Source: Acidobacteriota bacterium (GTDB taxonomy: Bacteria > Acidobacteriota > Polarisedimenticolia > QHYA01). From it: a DNA stretch of 64,000 bases. A program made the translations under genes and the position numbers. Below are positions 38,776 through 46,797 of this stretch, in pieces (positions within the stretch are counted from its first letter, which is position 1; every line of letters starts with the position of its first letter). The DNA is taken from NCBI GenBank assembly GCA_003223995.1, contig QHYA01000061.1, positions 2,259 to 66,258 of the forward strand. The letters are read 5' to 3'. The notes beneath the pieces are model-generated. The model was not told the DNA's origin, searched no databases, and saw nothing but the letters and a program-made list of their open reading frames with translations.

Positions 38776-40146
38776 TCAGCCCACGCTGCGGAGGAACTGG
38801 GTGTTGTTGGGAAATTTCTCCAGGCGGGAGATGAGCGTGCTCATCGCCTCGACGGGCGAAAGGGTCGACAGGGCCCTCCGCAGCAGGTGCACCCGCGACA
38901 GCTCCTCGCCGCCGTAGAGCTTCTCTTCCTTGCGCGTCCCCGAGCGCGAGATGTCGATGCAGGGGAAGATCCGCCGCTCGAACAGCGCCCGGTCGAGCAG
39001 GATCTCCGTGTTGCCGGTCCCCTTGAACTCCTGAAAGATCACCTCGTCCATGCGCGAGCCGGTGTCCACCAGCGCCGTCGCGATGATCGTCAGACTGCCT
39101 CCTCCCTCCGCGTTGCGCGCCGCCCCGAAGAAGCGCCGGGGCTTCTCCATCGTACGGGAGTCCAGCCCTCCGGAGAGGATCTTCCCCGAGCCCCGAAGCT
39201 CGGTGTTGTAAGCACGGGCCAGGCGGGTGATCGAGTCGAGCAGGACGACGACGTCCTTTCCGGACTCGACGAGTCTCCGGGCGCGTTCGAGAACGATCTC
39301 GGCCACCGAGACATGGTTGGCCGTCAGGTCGTCCATGGAGGAGGCGATCACCTCGGCCCGCACGTTGCGCCGCATGTCCGTGACCTCCTCCGGTCGCTCG
39401 TCGATCAGCAGGACGATGAGGATGACCTCCGGATGGTTCGTCGTGATGCTGCGGGCGATCTTCTGGAGGAGCACGGTCTTGCCCGCCTTCGGCGGGGCCA
39501 CGATCAAGCAGCGCTGCCCCTTGCCGATGGGCGTCAACAGGTCGAGCACCCGCGTGGAGGTATCTGCTTCCTTCGTTTCGAGGGTCAGACGCTCGTTCGG
39601 ATCGATCGAGACGAGCTCCGAGAAGGGACGGCGCTGCCGGTAAGCGTTCGGGTCGCCGTAATTGAGGGAATCGATCGTGACCAGCGACGCGCCGGACCCC
39701 CGGCCCGGTCTTCTCTCCGCGGCACCGGAGACCGCGACCCCCTGGAGCAGTCCCCACTCGCGGATGAGGTTCTTGGGAACGGAAACGTCCCCGGCCGCGG
39801 GAAGGTAGTTGTTCTCCGCGAGCCGGAGAAACCCGTTCCCGTCCGCCATCAGCTCGAGGACGCCGGAGGCGGGAACAGGCTCAGCCGCCGGACCCCCCTG
39901 CGGGGAGCCTCGGGAGACCGACACCGCAACGGCAGTCTGACTCCGCGGGAGGCTGTTGTGCCGGTCCTGGCCGGGCGGACGGAAGCCCCGCCGGCGGCCG
40001 CGACGCCCGCGCCTTCGGCGGTTATTGCTCTGGGGAGGTTCCTGGTTCAAGTTCCCTGACTGCTGCTGTCGAGGTGGCTGCAGGCATGCAGTTCCGTTGA
40101 CACGCTTGGCTCCTCTTCGATCAGAGATGCCGGCCTCTCTTGCCAT
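38776..40146 (-). CDS. rho: transcription termination factor Rho with an atypical N-terminus (~95 aa Arg/Gln/Gly-rich disordered region; no recognisable N-terminal helix bundle)
   Basis: OB-fold [15 protein letters not shown]; Walker [16 protein letters not shown]; [14 protein letters not shown]; R-loop and C-terminus conserved. ATG at 40146 ([15 protein letters not shown]...) overlaps the ino1 3' end by 26 nt; the longer ORF start at 40278 would overlap by 158 nt. Confidence 0.88.
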   Translation of the reverse strand: MAREAGISDRRGAKRVNGTACLQPPRQQQSGNLNQEPPQSNNRRRRGRRGRRRGFRPPGQDRHNSLPRSQTAVAVSVSRGSPQGGPAAEPVPASGVLELMADGNGFLRLAENNYLPAAGDVSVPKNLIREWGLLQGVAVSGAAERRPGRGSGASLVTIDSLNYGDPNAYRQRRPFSELVSIDPNERLTLETKEADTSTRVLDLLTPIGKGQRCLIVAPPKAGKTVLLQKIARSITTNHPEVILIVLLIDERPEEVTDMRRNVRAEVIASSMDDLTANHVSVAEIVLERARRLVESGKDVVVLLDSITRLARAYNTELRGSGKILSGGLDSRTMEKPRRFFGAARNAEGGGSLTIIATALVDTGSRMDEVIFQEFKGTGNTEILLDRALFERRIFPCIDISRSGTRKEEKLYGGEELSRVHLLRRALSTLSPVEAMSTLISRLEKFPNNTQFLRSVG

Positions 40147-41428
40147 TTCCCCTCGCCCAGCCGGCGATTCTCTGAACCGCCTCGTCGAGCGCTTGGCGCT
40201 GCGCGAAGAGGTCGTGCACCGGCTGGCCGTTGCGCACGGTCGGGCTCTTGAAGTACAGCGAGAGCCACTCCTGTGCACCCCTCAGTCCGGAGCGCTGCGC
40301 CAGGTCCGTCCAGAGCACGAGATCGAGGGCGAGGGGGGCCGCGAGAATCGAATCGCGGCAGAGAAAGTTCACCTTGATCTGCATCGGGTAGCCAAGCCAT
40401 CCGAAGATGTCGATGTTGTCCCAGGCTTCCTTGTTGTCCTTCCGGGGCGGGTAGTAGTCGATCCGCACCTGGTGGACGAAATCGCCGTAGAGGTCAGGAT
40501 ACTGGGAGGGTTGGAGGATGCCCCTCAGGACCGACAGCTTGCTTTCCTGCTTCGACTTGAGGGAGGCGGGATCGTCCAGGACCTCGCCATCCCGGTTTCC
40601 CAGGATGTTGGTCGAGTACCAGCCTGCGAGGCCGAGGGCCCGCACCTTCAGGCCTGGGGCGAGAATCGTCTTCAGCAGTGTCTGGCCCGTCTTGAGATCG
40701 CGGCCGGCCACCGGAACTCGCAGCTCCTCGGACATCTCCAGCAGAGCCGGGATGTCCGCCCCGCGGCTCGGCGTGCAGTTCACCACCGGGATCCGCTCCT
40801 TGAGGGCCGCGTAGGTGTAGATCATCGCCGGCGAGATCCTCTCGTCGTCCTCACGCAGGCCTTTCTCGAAGGACCTCAGCTCGTGATGGACGGGCGCCAG
40901 CTCCTGGTAGGTCTCGGTCGACGCGCAGTTGAGAAGCACCAGACGCTCCGCTCCGGACGCTTCGCGGAAGCGGTGGATGTCTTTCACGACCTCCTCGACG
41001 CTCCCGAGCCACCCCATGGGCGGCCTCGAGTGTGTCGCCTCGATTCGCCTCAGGTAGCGCGGGTCGAAGATCCCCCGCCACGGGCGGATCGACTCCAGCT
41101 CTGACTTCAGCAGCGCCAGCAGCCCGTCTTCCAGCACCCTTGCTTTCTTCGCGGCCGAATACGCGTCATCCGAGACGACATCCCACCCGCCGAAGGCGAG
41201 GTCGGCGAGGCCCGCGAGCGGCACGGCCTCGCCGAAGGGGACGGAGTCCGGCTGGCCAGACGGGCCGGGAAGCTGCCCCATCTGGGTGAGCGATCCGATC
41301 GGCTTTCCGAGATTGCGCCGCACGGCCAGTACCCCGGCGATAAGCGCGGTGGAGAGGGAGCCCATACCGACGATCAGCACCCCGAGACGCCCCGATGCAG
41401 GGGCCGGCTTGATCGGTTCTTGTCTCAT
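40121..41428 (-). CDS. ino1: myo-inositol-1-phosphate synthase (inositol-3-phosphate synthase)
   Basis: Start MRQEPIKPAPASGRLGVLIVGMGSLSTALIAG (Rossmann GxGxxG) at 41428 with RBS GGGAGGA; MIPS-like core (NCASTETYQE, NILGNRDGEVL, conserved Lys/Asp residues). Confidence 0.85.
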   Translation of the reverse strand: MRQEPIKPAPASGRLGVLIVGMGSLSTALIAGVLAVRRNLGKPIGSLTQMGQLPGPSGQPDSVPFGEAVPLAGLADLAFGGWDVVSDDAYSAAKKARVLEDGLLALLKSELESIRPWRGIFDPRYLRRIEATHSRPPMGWLGSVEEVVKDIHRFREASGAERLVLLNCASTETYQELAPVHHELRSFEKGLREDDERISPAMIYTYAALKERIPVVNCTPSRGADIPALLEMSEELRVPVAGRDLKTGQTLLKTILAPGLKVRALGLAGWYSTNILGNRDGEVLDDPASLKSKQESKLSVLRGILQPSQYPDLYGDFVHQVRIDYYPPRKDNKEAWDNIDIFGWLGYPMQIKVNFLCRDSILAAPLALDLVLWTDLAQRSGLRGAQEWLSLYFKSPTVRNGQPVHDLFAQRQALDEAVQRIAGWARGNGKRGRHL

Positions 41429-41662
41429 CTTTGGCTGGATCCTCCCATAGGCCCTGCCTCCGCGGCGCGCCGCGAATGGACACATGCGGGCTCGTCACCT
41501 AGGCCCGAGTTATTCACGAGACATCGTTGCGAGGCCAAGTCATCGCTTTCAGGAGCGGAAGCCCCTGAAAGCGCTCCAGCCGCGCAGCGGGAAGAGAGCA
41601 TGGCCGTCGTGCCCGGCTTTCGCAGGCGCGAGGACCTGAAGCGCGAATTCTCCGATCGCGCA

Positions 41663-41800
41663 GCGCGAGGGGATCGCCTTCGCGGGCGCTGGCGGGCTGT
41701 TCGCGTCCGGCGCTCCGAGCGCGAAGCGCGAGGGGATCGCCTTCGCGGGCGCTGGCGGGCTGTTCGCGTCCGGCGCTCCGAGCGCGAAGCGCGAGGAGTA
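41663..41800. repeat. direct tandem repeat: two perfect 63-bp copies (41663-41725, 41726-41788) plus a partial third, in the divergent ino1/degT intergenic region
   Basis: Unit gcgcgaggggatcgccttcgcgggcgctggcgggctgttcgcgtccggcgctccgagcgcgaa, repeated identically. Preceded by a 10-bp-stem hairpin (41544-41573, cgctttcagg/cctgaaagcg). Confidence 0.9.
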
Positions 41801-41808
41801 TCCGAGGG

Positions 41809-43101
41809 GTGCGGGGTGGTCGGTTGGCCGCCAGGCATGTCGCAAGGTCCGAGCAAGTGCGGGGCGGAAGACCCGCGGTTTCGAAGCAACTGGCCGTTCG
41901 ATGGCCGGTGATCGGCGCGGCGGAGCGACAGGCGGCGCTCGGAGTTCTCGACAGCGGGATACTGAACGGCCCGAGTGCCCCCCAGGTCAAGGGACTCGAG
42001 AAGGAATTCGCCGCCTTCCTGGGAGCCCGGTTCTGCCTGGCGACCAACAGCGGCACGGCGGCTCTCCATATGGCGCTCGCCGCGGGCGGCATCGGCGCCG
42101 GCGACGAAGTCATCACGACCGCGTTCAGCTACGTCGCCACCCCACTCGCGATCCTCTATCAGAGCGCCGTCCCGGTCTTCGTGGACATCGATCAGGAAAC
42201 GTTCAACATCGACCCCTCTCTCATCGAGGAGCGGATCACGCCGCGCACGCGCGCGCTGCTGCCCGTCCATATCCACGGTCTCCCCTGCGACATGGACGAG
42301 ATCAACTCCATCGCCCGCCGCCGCGGACTTCTGGTCATCGAGGACGCCGCCCAGGCTCACGGAGCCTCCTACCGCGGCCGGCCCGCGGGCACGCTGGGAG
42401 CCATGGCGGGCTTCTCCCTCAACGCGACAAAAAACCTTCCGTGCGGGGAGGGCGGGCTGTTCGTGACCAACAACGAGACGTTCCTTCCCGTGGCCCGTCG
42501 GATTCGCCTTCACGGCATCGACGCCGAGGAAGTCCCCTTCGATCCCACCCACCCGCTCGACGAGGAGGGAGAGGAGAAGGTCACTGGTATGGGCTGGATG
42601 TACATGCCGCAGGAACTTCCTGCGGCCATCGCGCGGGCGCAGTTGCGGCGTCTCGTGGAGTTCAACGAGAACGCCGCGGCGAACGCGGCCCTCCTGACCT
42701 CGCGGCTGTCCGGTCTTCCCGGGGTGATCCCGCCGTCGTGCCCTCCAGACCGGACCCACATCTATCACAAGTACCGGGTCCGGCTCGATCCGGAAGCGAT
42801 GGGGTTCTCCATGCCGGCGGCCGAAATGCGCGATACCGTGCTCACCGCGTTGCGCGCAGAAGGAGTGGAGGCGACTCTCTGGGGCGCGAAGCCTCTGCCC
42901 GAGCTGGAGCTGTTCCGGGGCCTGGGCCATGCGCGCGGCTGCGCTCCTCGCACCAGCGAGCTGCTCGACTGCTCCCTCGTCGTCGGCTCGCAGTCCTACC
43001 CTCTCTTTCCGCAGCCGCGGGCTCTGATGGAGCAGTATGCCGACGCTTTCGAGAAGGTCGTGACCAACATCGCCAAGCGTGTCGACGCCGTTCAACGGTA
43101 G
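41809..43101 (+). CDS. DegT/DnrJ/EryC1/StrS-family PLP-dependent sugar aminotransferase (GnnB/WbpE-like)
   Basis: Motifs [64 protein letters not shown]. The true start is probably the internal GTG at 41908 (VIGAAERQAALGVLDSG aligns with the family N-terminus). Confidence 0.85.
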   Translation: MRGGRLAARHVARSEQVRGGRPAVSKQLAVRWPVIGAAERQAALGVLDSGILNGPSAPQVKGLEKEFAAFLGARFCLATNSGTAALHMALAAGGIGAGDEVITTAFSYVATPLAILYQSAVPVFVDIDQETFNIDPSLIEERITPRTRALLPVHIHGLPCDMDEINSIARRRGLLVIEDAAQAHGASYRGRPAGTLGAMAGFSLNATKNLPCGEGGLFVTNNETFLPVARRIRLHGIDAEEVPFDPTHPLDEEGEEKVTGMGWMYMPQELPAAIARAQLRRLVEFNENAAANAALLTSRLSGLPGVIPPSCPPDRTHIYHKYRVRLDPEAMGFSMPAAEMRDTVLTALRAEGVEATLWGAKPLPELELFRGLGHARGCAPRTSELLDCSLVVGSQSYPLFPQPRALMEQYADAFEKVVTNIAKRVDAVQR

Positions 43102-43134
43102 ACCGCCAGGAGCCGAAGGCCCAGGAGAGGATCG

Positions 43135-44127
43135 ATGAAAATCGTCAGGGTGGGGATGCTCGGGGCGGGCGGCATGGGCAGGACGCATGCGGAGATCCTC
43201 GCCCGCGACGAGCGGGTGAGAATCGCCGGTGTGGCCGATCTCGATCCTTCCCGGGCTCGCCGTCTGGCGGAGGACCTGGGCACGCGGGCGCATTCCGACC
43301 TGAAAGGGCTTCTCTCGACCGGCATCGACCTCTTGTTCGTCACCACCCCCAACCGTTACCACGCCGAGGCCGCCGGTATCGCCCTGGAAAACGGCGTGGC
43401 CGTGTTCTCCGAAAAGCCCATGGCCACCAGCTTCGATGAGGCGCGCCGGCTCTGCGAACTGGAGCAGCGGCCCGGCGCCTTCTACGTCGTGGCTCACAAC
43501 CGCCGCCACTCCCCCGTCTACCGCCGCGTCAAGCAACTGCTTGCCGAGGGCTTCCGGCCGCTCGTTGCCAACATGAAGATGCATGAAGGGGATTATCGAA
43601 CTCCCGCGTGGGTCAACGACCCGGCCATGTCCGGCGGCTTTCTCTACGAGAACCTGGTGCACTTCTTCGACCTGATGGAGTGGCTGATCGGACCTGTGGC
43701 GGAAGTCTCCTGCCTCGCACGCAAGCCCTTCTACCAGGATTTCAACGACTTCGTGATCGCCGCAGCGTTCTCCGAGGGGGCGATCGCCGCGCTCACCGCC
43801 ACCGGCCACGCTTCCTGGCTCCACCCGGCCGAGAAGACCGAGCTGATCGGGGACCATGCCGCTATCGTCGCCGAGGAACTCGACCGCGTATTCTACTCTC
43901 CCGGCGATGGGGTGGAGGTCCGCGTCCACGATTACTCCCGTCTTCCTCGGGGCGAGCGCTGGGGATATCGGGACCAGGACTCCGAGGCCATCGAATCATA
44001 CCTCACGGGCGCGAGCCCATGCTTCCCAGCCCGGCGGGCGCTGCGGACGCTGGAGATCGCGGAAGCCTGCCGGCAGGCTGCCGCGGAAGGGCGTCCCGTG
44101 CGGCTCGCACCGCCTCCCTCGGATTGA
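43135..44127 (+). CDS. Gfo/Idh/MocA-family NAD(P)-dependent oxidoreductase (GnnA/WbpB-like)
   Basis: 330 aa; N-terminal Rossmann MKIVRVGMLGAGGMGRTHAEIL; typical GFO_IDH_MocA N- and C-domains. Confidence 0.85.
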   Translation: MKIVRVGMLGAGGMGRTHAEILARDERVRIAGVADLDPSRARRLAEDLGTRAHSDLKGLLSTGIDLLFVTTPNRYHAEAAGIALENGVAVFSEKPMATSFDEARRLCELEQRPGAFYVVAHNRRHSPVYRRVKQLLAEGFRPLVANMKMHEGDYRTPAWVNDPAMSGGFLYENLVHFFDLMEWLIGPVAEVSCLARKPFYQDFNDFVIAAAFSEGAIAALTATGHASWLHPAEKTELIGDHAAIVAEELDRVFYSPGDGVEVRVHDYSRLPRGERWGYRDQDSEAIESYLTGASPCFPARRALRTLEIAEACRQAAAEGRPVRLAPPPSD

Positions 44128-44135
44128 TCTCCTCG

Positions 44136-46289
44136 TCACGAGGGAGGCATCACGGGAACAGAGGCCTCGGCGCTGAACAGCGCCTTTCTCAGATCGACAA
44201 TCGACCGCAGCTTGCGTCCGGTCCGCAATGACCCCTGAGGCTGCCCCAGGACCCTCAGCTCGCACAGCCCCATAGAGATGTTGCGCTCCATATCGGGGAA
44301 ACGTTCGCCGAGCGAGGCCATGATCTGGCGTTCCACCGATTCCTGCGAAGCGCCGTTGCTCAGCTCCACCCGCATTTCCACGACGTCCCTGAGCCCCGGC
44401 CTCGTCGTCACGACCTGCCAGTCGTGCCCGATGCCTCGCACCCCCTCCAGCAACCGCTCGAACATCCAGGGGCTGATATTGCCGAGTCCGCAGTTGACCA
44501 TCTCGTCGCAGCGCCCGCGGATCTTGGAGATGCGCCGCAAGGCCCGGAGATCGCAGTTGCAGGAGCCCTCCATGAAGCTGGTCACGTCCGAGGTCCTGTA
44601 GCGCAGAAGCGGCATGACGCGCCGCGAGAGTGTCGTGAAGACGAGCTCTCCGTTGCGCTCCTCGTCCGGTTCGGGAATCTCGAACCAGAATTTCAGTTCC
44701 TGGAGATGGTAGCCGTTCTTGCGGCTGCACTCCGAGCCCGCCGTGCCGAAGGACTCCGTCTGGCCGTACGTCAGGTAGAGGTTCGTGTTCCAGACCTCCT
44801 CGACGTACCGGCGGGACTGCTCGGACATGTTCTCGCCGCCGACGAGCATCAACTTCACCGGCCAGGTTCCCATTTTCTCAGCGACCTCTGTCAGGCTCAC
44901 GATCCATGAAGGCTCGACAATCATCACGTTGAACCGGTAGTCGCGAGCGCGCTCGAAGAACTCCTCGGGAGGGAGCTTGCCCGCCTCGACGAGGAAGCAG
45001 CCGAGGATCTGCGTCGCGGCCCGCAGGGCCGCCCCGGCGTTCCAGAAGGGAAGGTCCAGCGCCGAGACCACGCGGTCCTCCGACCGGACCCCGAAAGCCC
45101 ACAGCCCCGCGGCCCCGTCCCGTCCCATGTCGCGCATCTCCTCGAGCGAGAAGAAGACCTTCTTGCTCTTCGGCGAGAGCGTGCCGGTCGTCTCGAAACC
45201 GGCTTGCGGACGGTCACAGAGGAAATCCTCGATGGGGTTGGTGAGCAGGTCATGAGAGGTCGTGTAAAGGTCGCCCAGGTCCGCCGGGCAGCGCGCCGCC
45301 TCCGGATCGACGCCATGCTCCGCGAAGCGTCGCCTGTAGAAGGCCGAGCGGCTCGCGACCCACCTCATCGTAGCCCGGAAATCGGCCCCCTGCACCCGCC
45401 GCAGGTAGCTGTCGGGCATCCGCCTCGCGAACCACAGCCGCCGCGACGGAGAATCACCGAGGATAACTCGATCGAGCAGGGTGCTTACCACGTTGCGCAT
45501 TTCAATCAGGTTCTCCAGAACGCGAACCGGGTGATCGGTCGGCGGCGCTTCGACAAACCGCTGCCCCCCCGGCCTCCCCTCGGAAGTCCGGGGTCTGGGG
45601 CGGAGAACCAGCAACCGGTCCCCGAGCAGCTTCTGCCAGCGCACGAGCTCGCTGTGCTTTGCCCGTTTCCTCGAAGGGGTCAGATCGACAGCGATGATGT
45701 GGGTCGCCGAAACGGGCGCACTGACGGCGTGAACAACCGGCGTGGGGGAGGACAGTCCGCCGTCCACAAGCCTCCTCTCCAGGCCGTCCACCTCCTTCCG
45801 CATCGGCGGAAAGAGGAATGGCACTCGGGAGCTTGCGCGGACGGCCTCCGAGAGGCTGAAGCCGCGCTCGAGGCCCGTCACAGCGAAGATCCTCTCGCGT
45901 CGGACCAGATCGTGCATCAGGAAGCCGATCCTCCGAACCCCGTGGTGAAGCCTGCGAAAATCGTATTGCTCGAGACGGTCGAGCTGATGATGGATCGGGT
46001 AAGACCAGCGGGCGAAGAAGCGGCCCATCTTCCCTTCGGATCGAAGGGTGACGGCGTGGGAGAAGACTCCCATCAGTTTGATACCGAAAGCGCTCTCGAG
46101 CAGATCCTCGACGGGAAGACCCACAGCGGCGTAATAGGCGCTGACGATGCTTCCGACGCTGCAGCCGATCATCGAGTGGACGGGGACACCCAACTCCTTC
46201 AACCTCTCGAGTACGCCGACGTGGGCGGGGCCGCGGAAGCCTCCCGAGCCCAGTACGATAGCGACCTCCTTCGCCTGCACCTGCTTCAT
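44136..46289 (-). CDS. fusion protein: N-terminal patatin-like phospholipase + C-terminal PaaK/CapK/F390-synthetase-like adenylate-forming enzyme (ANL superfamily)
   Basis: Start MKQVQAKEV at 46289 (RBS GAGGAA). Patatin: glycine-rich VAIVLGSGGFRGPAHVG, nucleophile elbow GCSVG (GxSxG), catalytic DGG. C-terminal domain: ETTGTLSPKSKKV (degenerate P-loop), YGQTESFG (YGxTE), RGRCDEMVN (hinge), typical of phenylacetate-CoA-ligase-like enzymes. Confidence 0.8.
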   Translation of the reverse strand: MKQVQAKEVAIVLGSGGFRGPAHVGVLERLKELGVPVHSMIGCSVGSIVSAYYAAVGLPVEDLLESAFGIKLMGVFSHAVTLRSEGKMGRFFARWSYPIHHQLDRLEQYDFRRLHHGVRRIGFLMHDLVRRERIFAVTGLERGFSLSEAVRASSRVPFLFPPMRKEVDGLERRLVDGGLSSPTPVVHAVSAPVSATHIIAVDLTPSRKRAKHSELVRWQKLLGDRLLVLRPRPRTSEGRPGGQRFVEAPPTDHPVRVLENLIEMRNVVSTLLDRVILGDSPSRRLWFARRMPDSYLRRVQGADFRATMRWVASRSAFYRRRFAEHGVDPEAARCPADLGDLYTTSHDLLTNPIEDFLCDRPQAGFETTGTLSPKSKKVFFSLEEMRDMGRDGAAGLWAFGVRSEDRVVSALDLPFWNAGAALRAATQILGCFLVEAGKLPPEEFFERARDYRFNVMIVEPSWIVSLTEVAEKMGTWPVKLMLVGGENMSEQSRRYVEEVWNTNLYLTYGQTESFGTAGSECSRKNGYHLQELKFWFEIPEPDEERNGELVFTTLSRRVMPLLRYRTSDVTSFMEGSCNCDLRALRRISKIRGRCDEMVNCGLGNISPWMFERLLEGVRGIGHDWQVVTTRPGLRDVVEMRVELSNGASQESVERQIMASLGERFPDMERNISMGLCELRVLGQPQGSLRTGRKLRSIVDLRKALFSAEASVPVMPPS

Positions 46290-46418
46290 CTTTTGCCGTT
46301 CCTCTGAACCCGGCAGGCTGCGTCTCTCTTGCGCGCTGCTTGGCAGCATCCGGGCAAACGGGGCGATTCTACACCACAGGGGGAGACACCGCACATTGAT
46401 CTTCAAGGGCGGTCCAAT

Positions 46419-46453
46419 GAAAAAAACAAAACCCCGGGGCTTTCGCCCCGGGG
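46419..46453 (-). terminator. intrinsic-terminator-like hairpin for a minus-strand transcript (9-bp GC stem ccccggggc/gccccgggg, loop tttc, followed on the minus strand by TTTTGTTTTTTT)
   Basis: Plus strand reads gaaaaaaacaaaaccccggggctttcgccccgggg. Lies 130 nt upstream of the patatin-PaaK start and ~345 nt downstream of the thiD-HEAT stop. Confidence 0.55.
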
Positions 46454-46462
46454 CACATCACC

Positions 46463-46751
46463 GGGCCCTATTGGGGGGGAGTATAGAGCCCGGCACAGCA
46501 TCAGTTCGCTTGATAACAATCTAGCGCCGATCCGTGCACCGCGCCAGTTCCGGCTCCGCCCATGCTCCCTGTCTGGCTTGCGTCATCGCCAGGAGACGTG
46601 GGGACGGTCATTCTGCATCCCCGCCTGGTTCGCACAGGGCATGATTTGGCGCGCCCGCAGAAGAGCCGATGGGACCAACAATTGGCAGGAAGGTTGCACA
46701 GATAGCCAGTGCAGAGCGCGGGCGGAGGTCACCTGTCCCCCCCTCTCCCGC
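46463..46751. other. ~290-nt structured non-coding region bracketed by convergent terminator hairpins; candidate ncRNA or cis-regulatory leader (strand undetermined)
   Basis: No credible ORF: only low-complexity frames that run through the hairpins. Contains stem-loops and G/C-tracts; weak, order-inconsistent resemblances to RNase P conserved regions, so not called. Confidence 0.2.
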
Positions 46752-46792
46752 AGCCGGCAGGGGATCGTCCCCTGCCGGCTCTGTCTTTTGTG
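46752..46792 (+). terminator. intrinsic-terminator-like hairpin for a plus-strand transcript (12-bp stem agccggcagggg/cccctgccggct, loop atcgt, then CTGTCTTTTGTG)
   Basis: No plus-strand gene ends nearby, so this would terminate an RNA from the 46463-46751 region. On the minus strand it directly follows the thiD-HEAT stop but lacks a U-tract. Confidence 0.45.
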
Positions 46793-46797
46793 CTCAA

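Noticed and set aside
41663-41800. CRISPR array
   Set aside because: The repeats are directly tandem with no intervening unique spacers, and the unit length (63 bp) and G+C-rich non-palindromic sequence do not match CRISPR repeats. No cas genes are in the window
41425-43929. 834-aa minus-strand ORF
   Set aside because: Antisense to the DegT and Gfo/Idh/MocA genes, both of which have clear family signatures on the plus strand
46463-46751. RNase P RNA, tmRNA or cobalamin riboswitch
   Set aside because: Short matches to RNase P CR-I/CR-V-like strings (GUGCCGGGCUCUAUAC) and a B12-box-like AAGCCAGACAGG were seen, but they occur in the wrong order and orientation and without the other universally conserved blocks (no UUCGAC/T-arm-CCA for tmRNA). 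Left as an unclassified structured region
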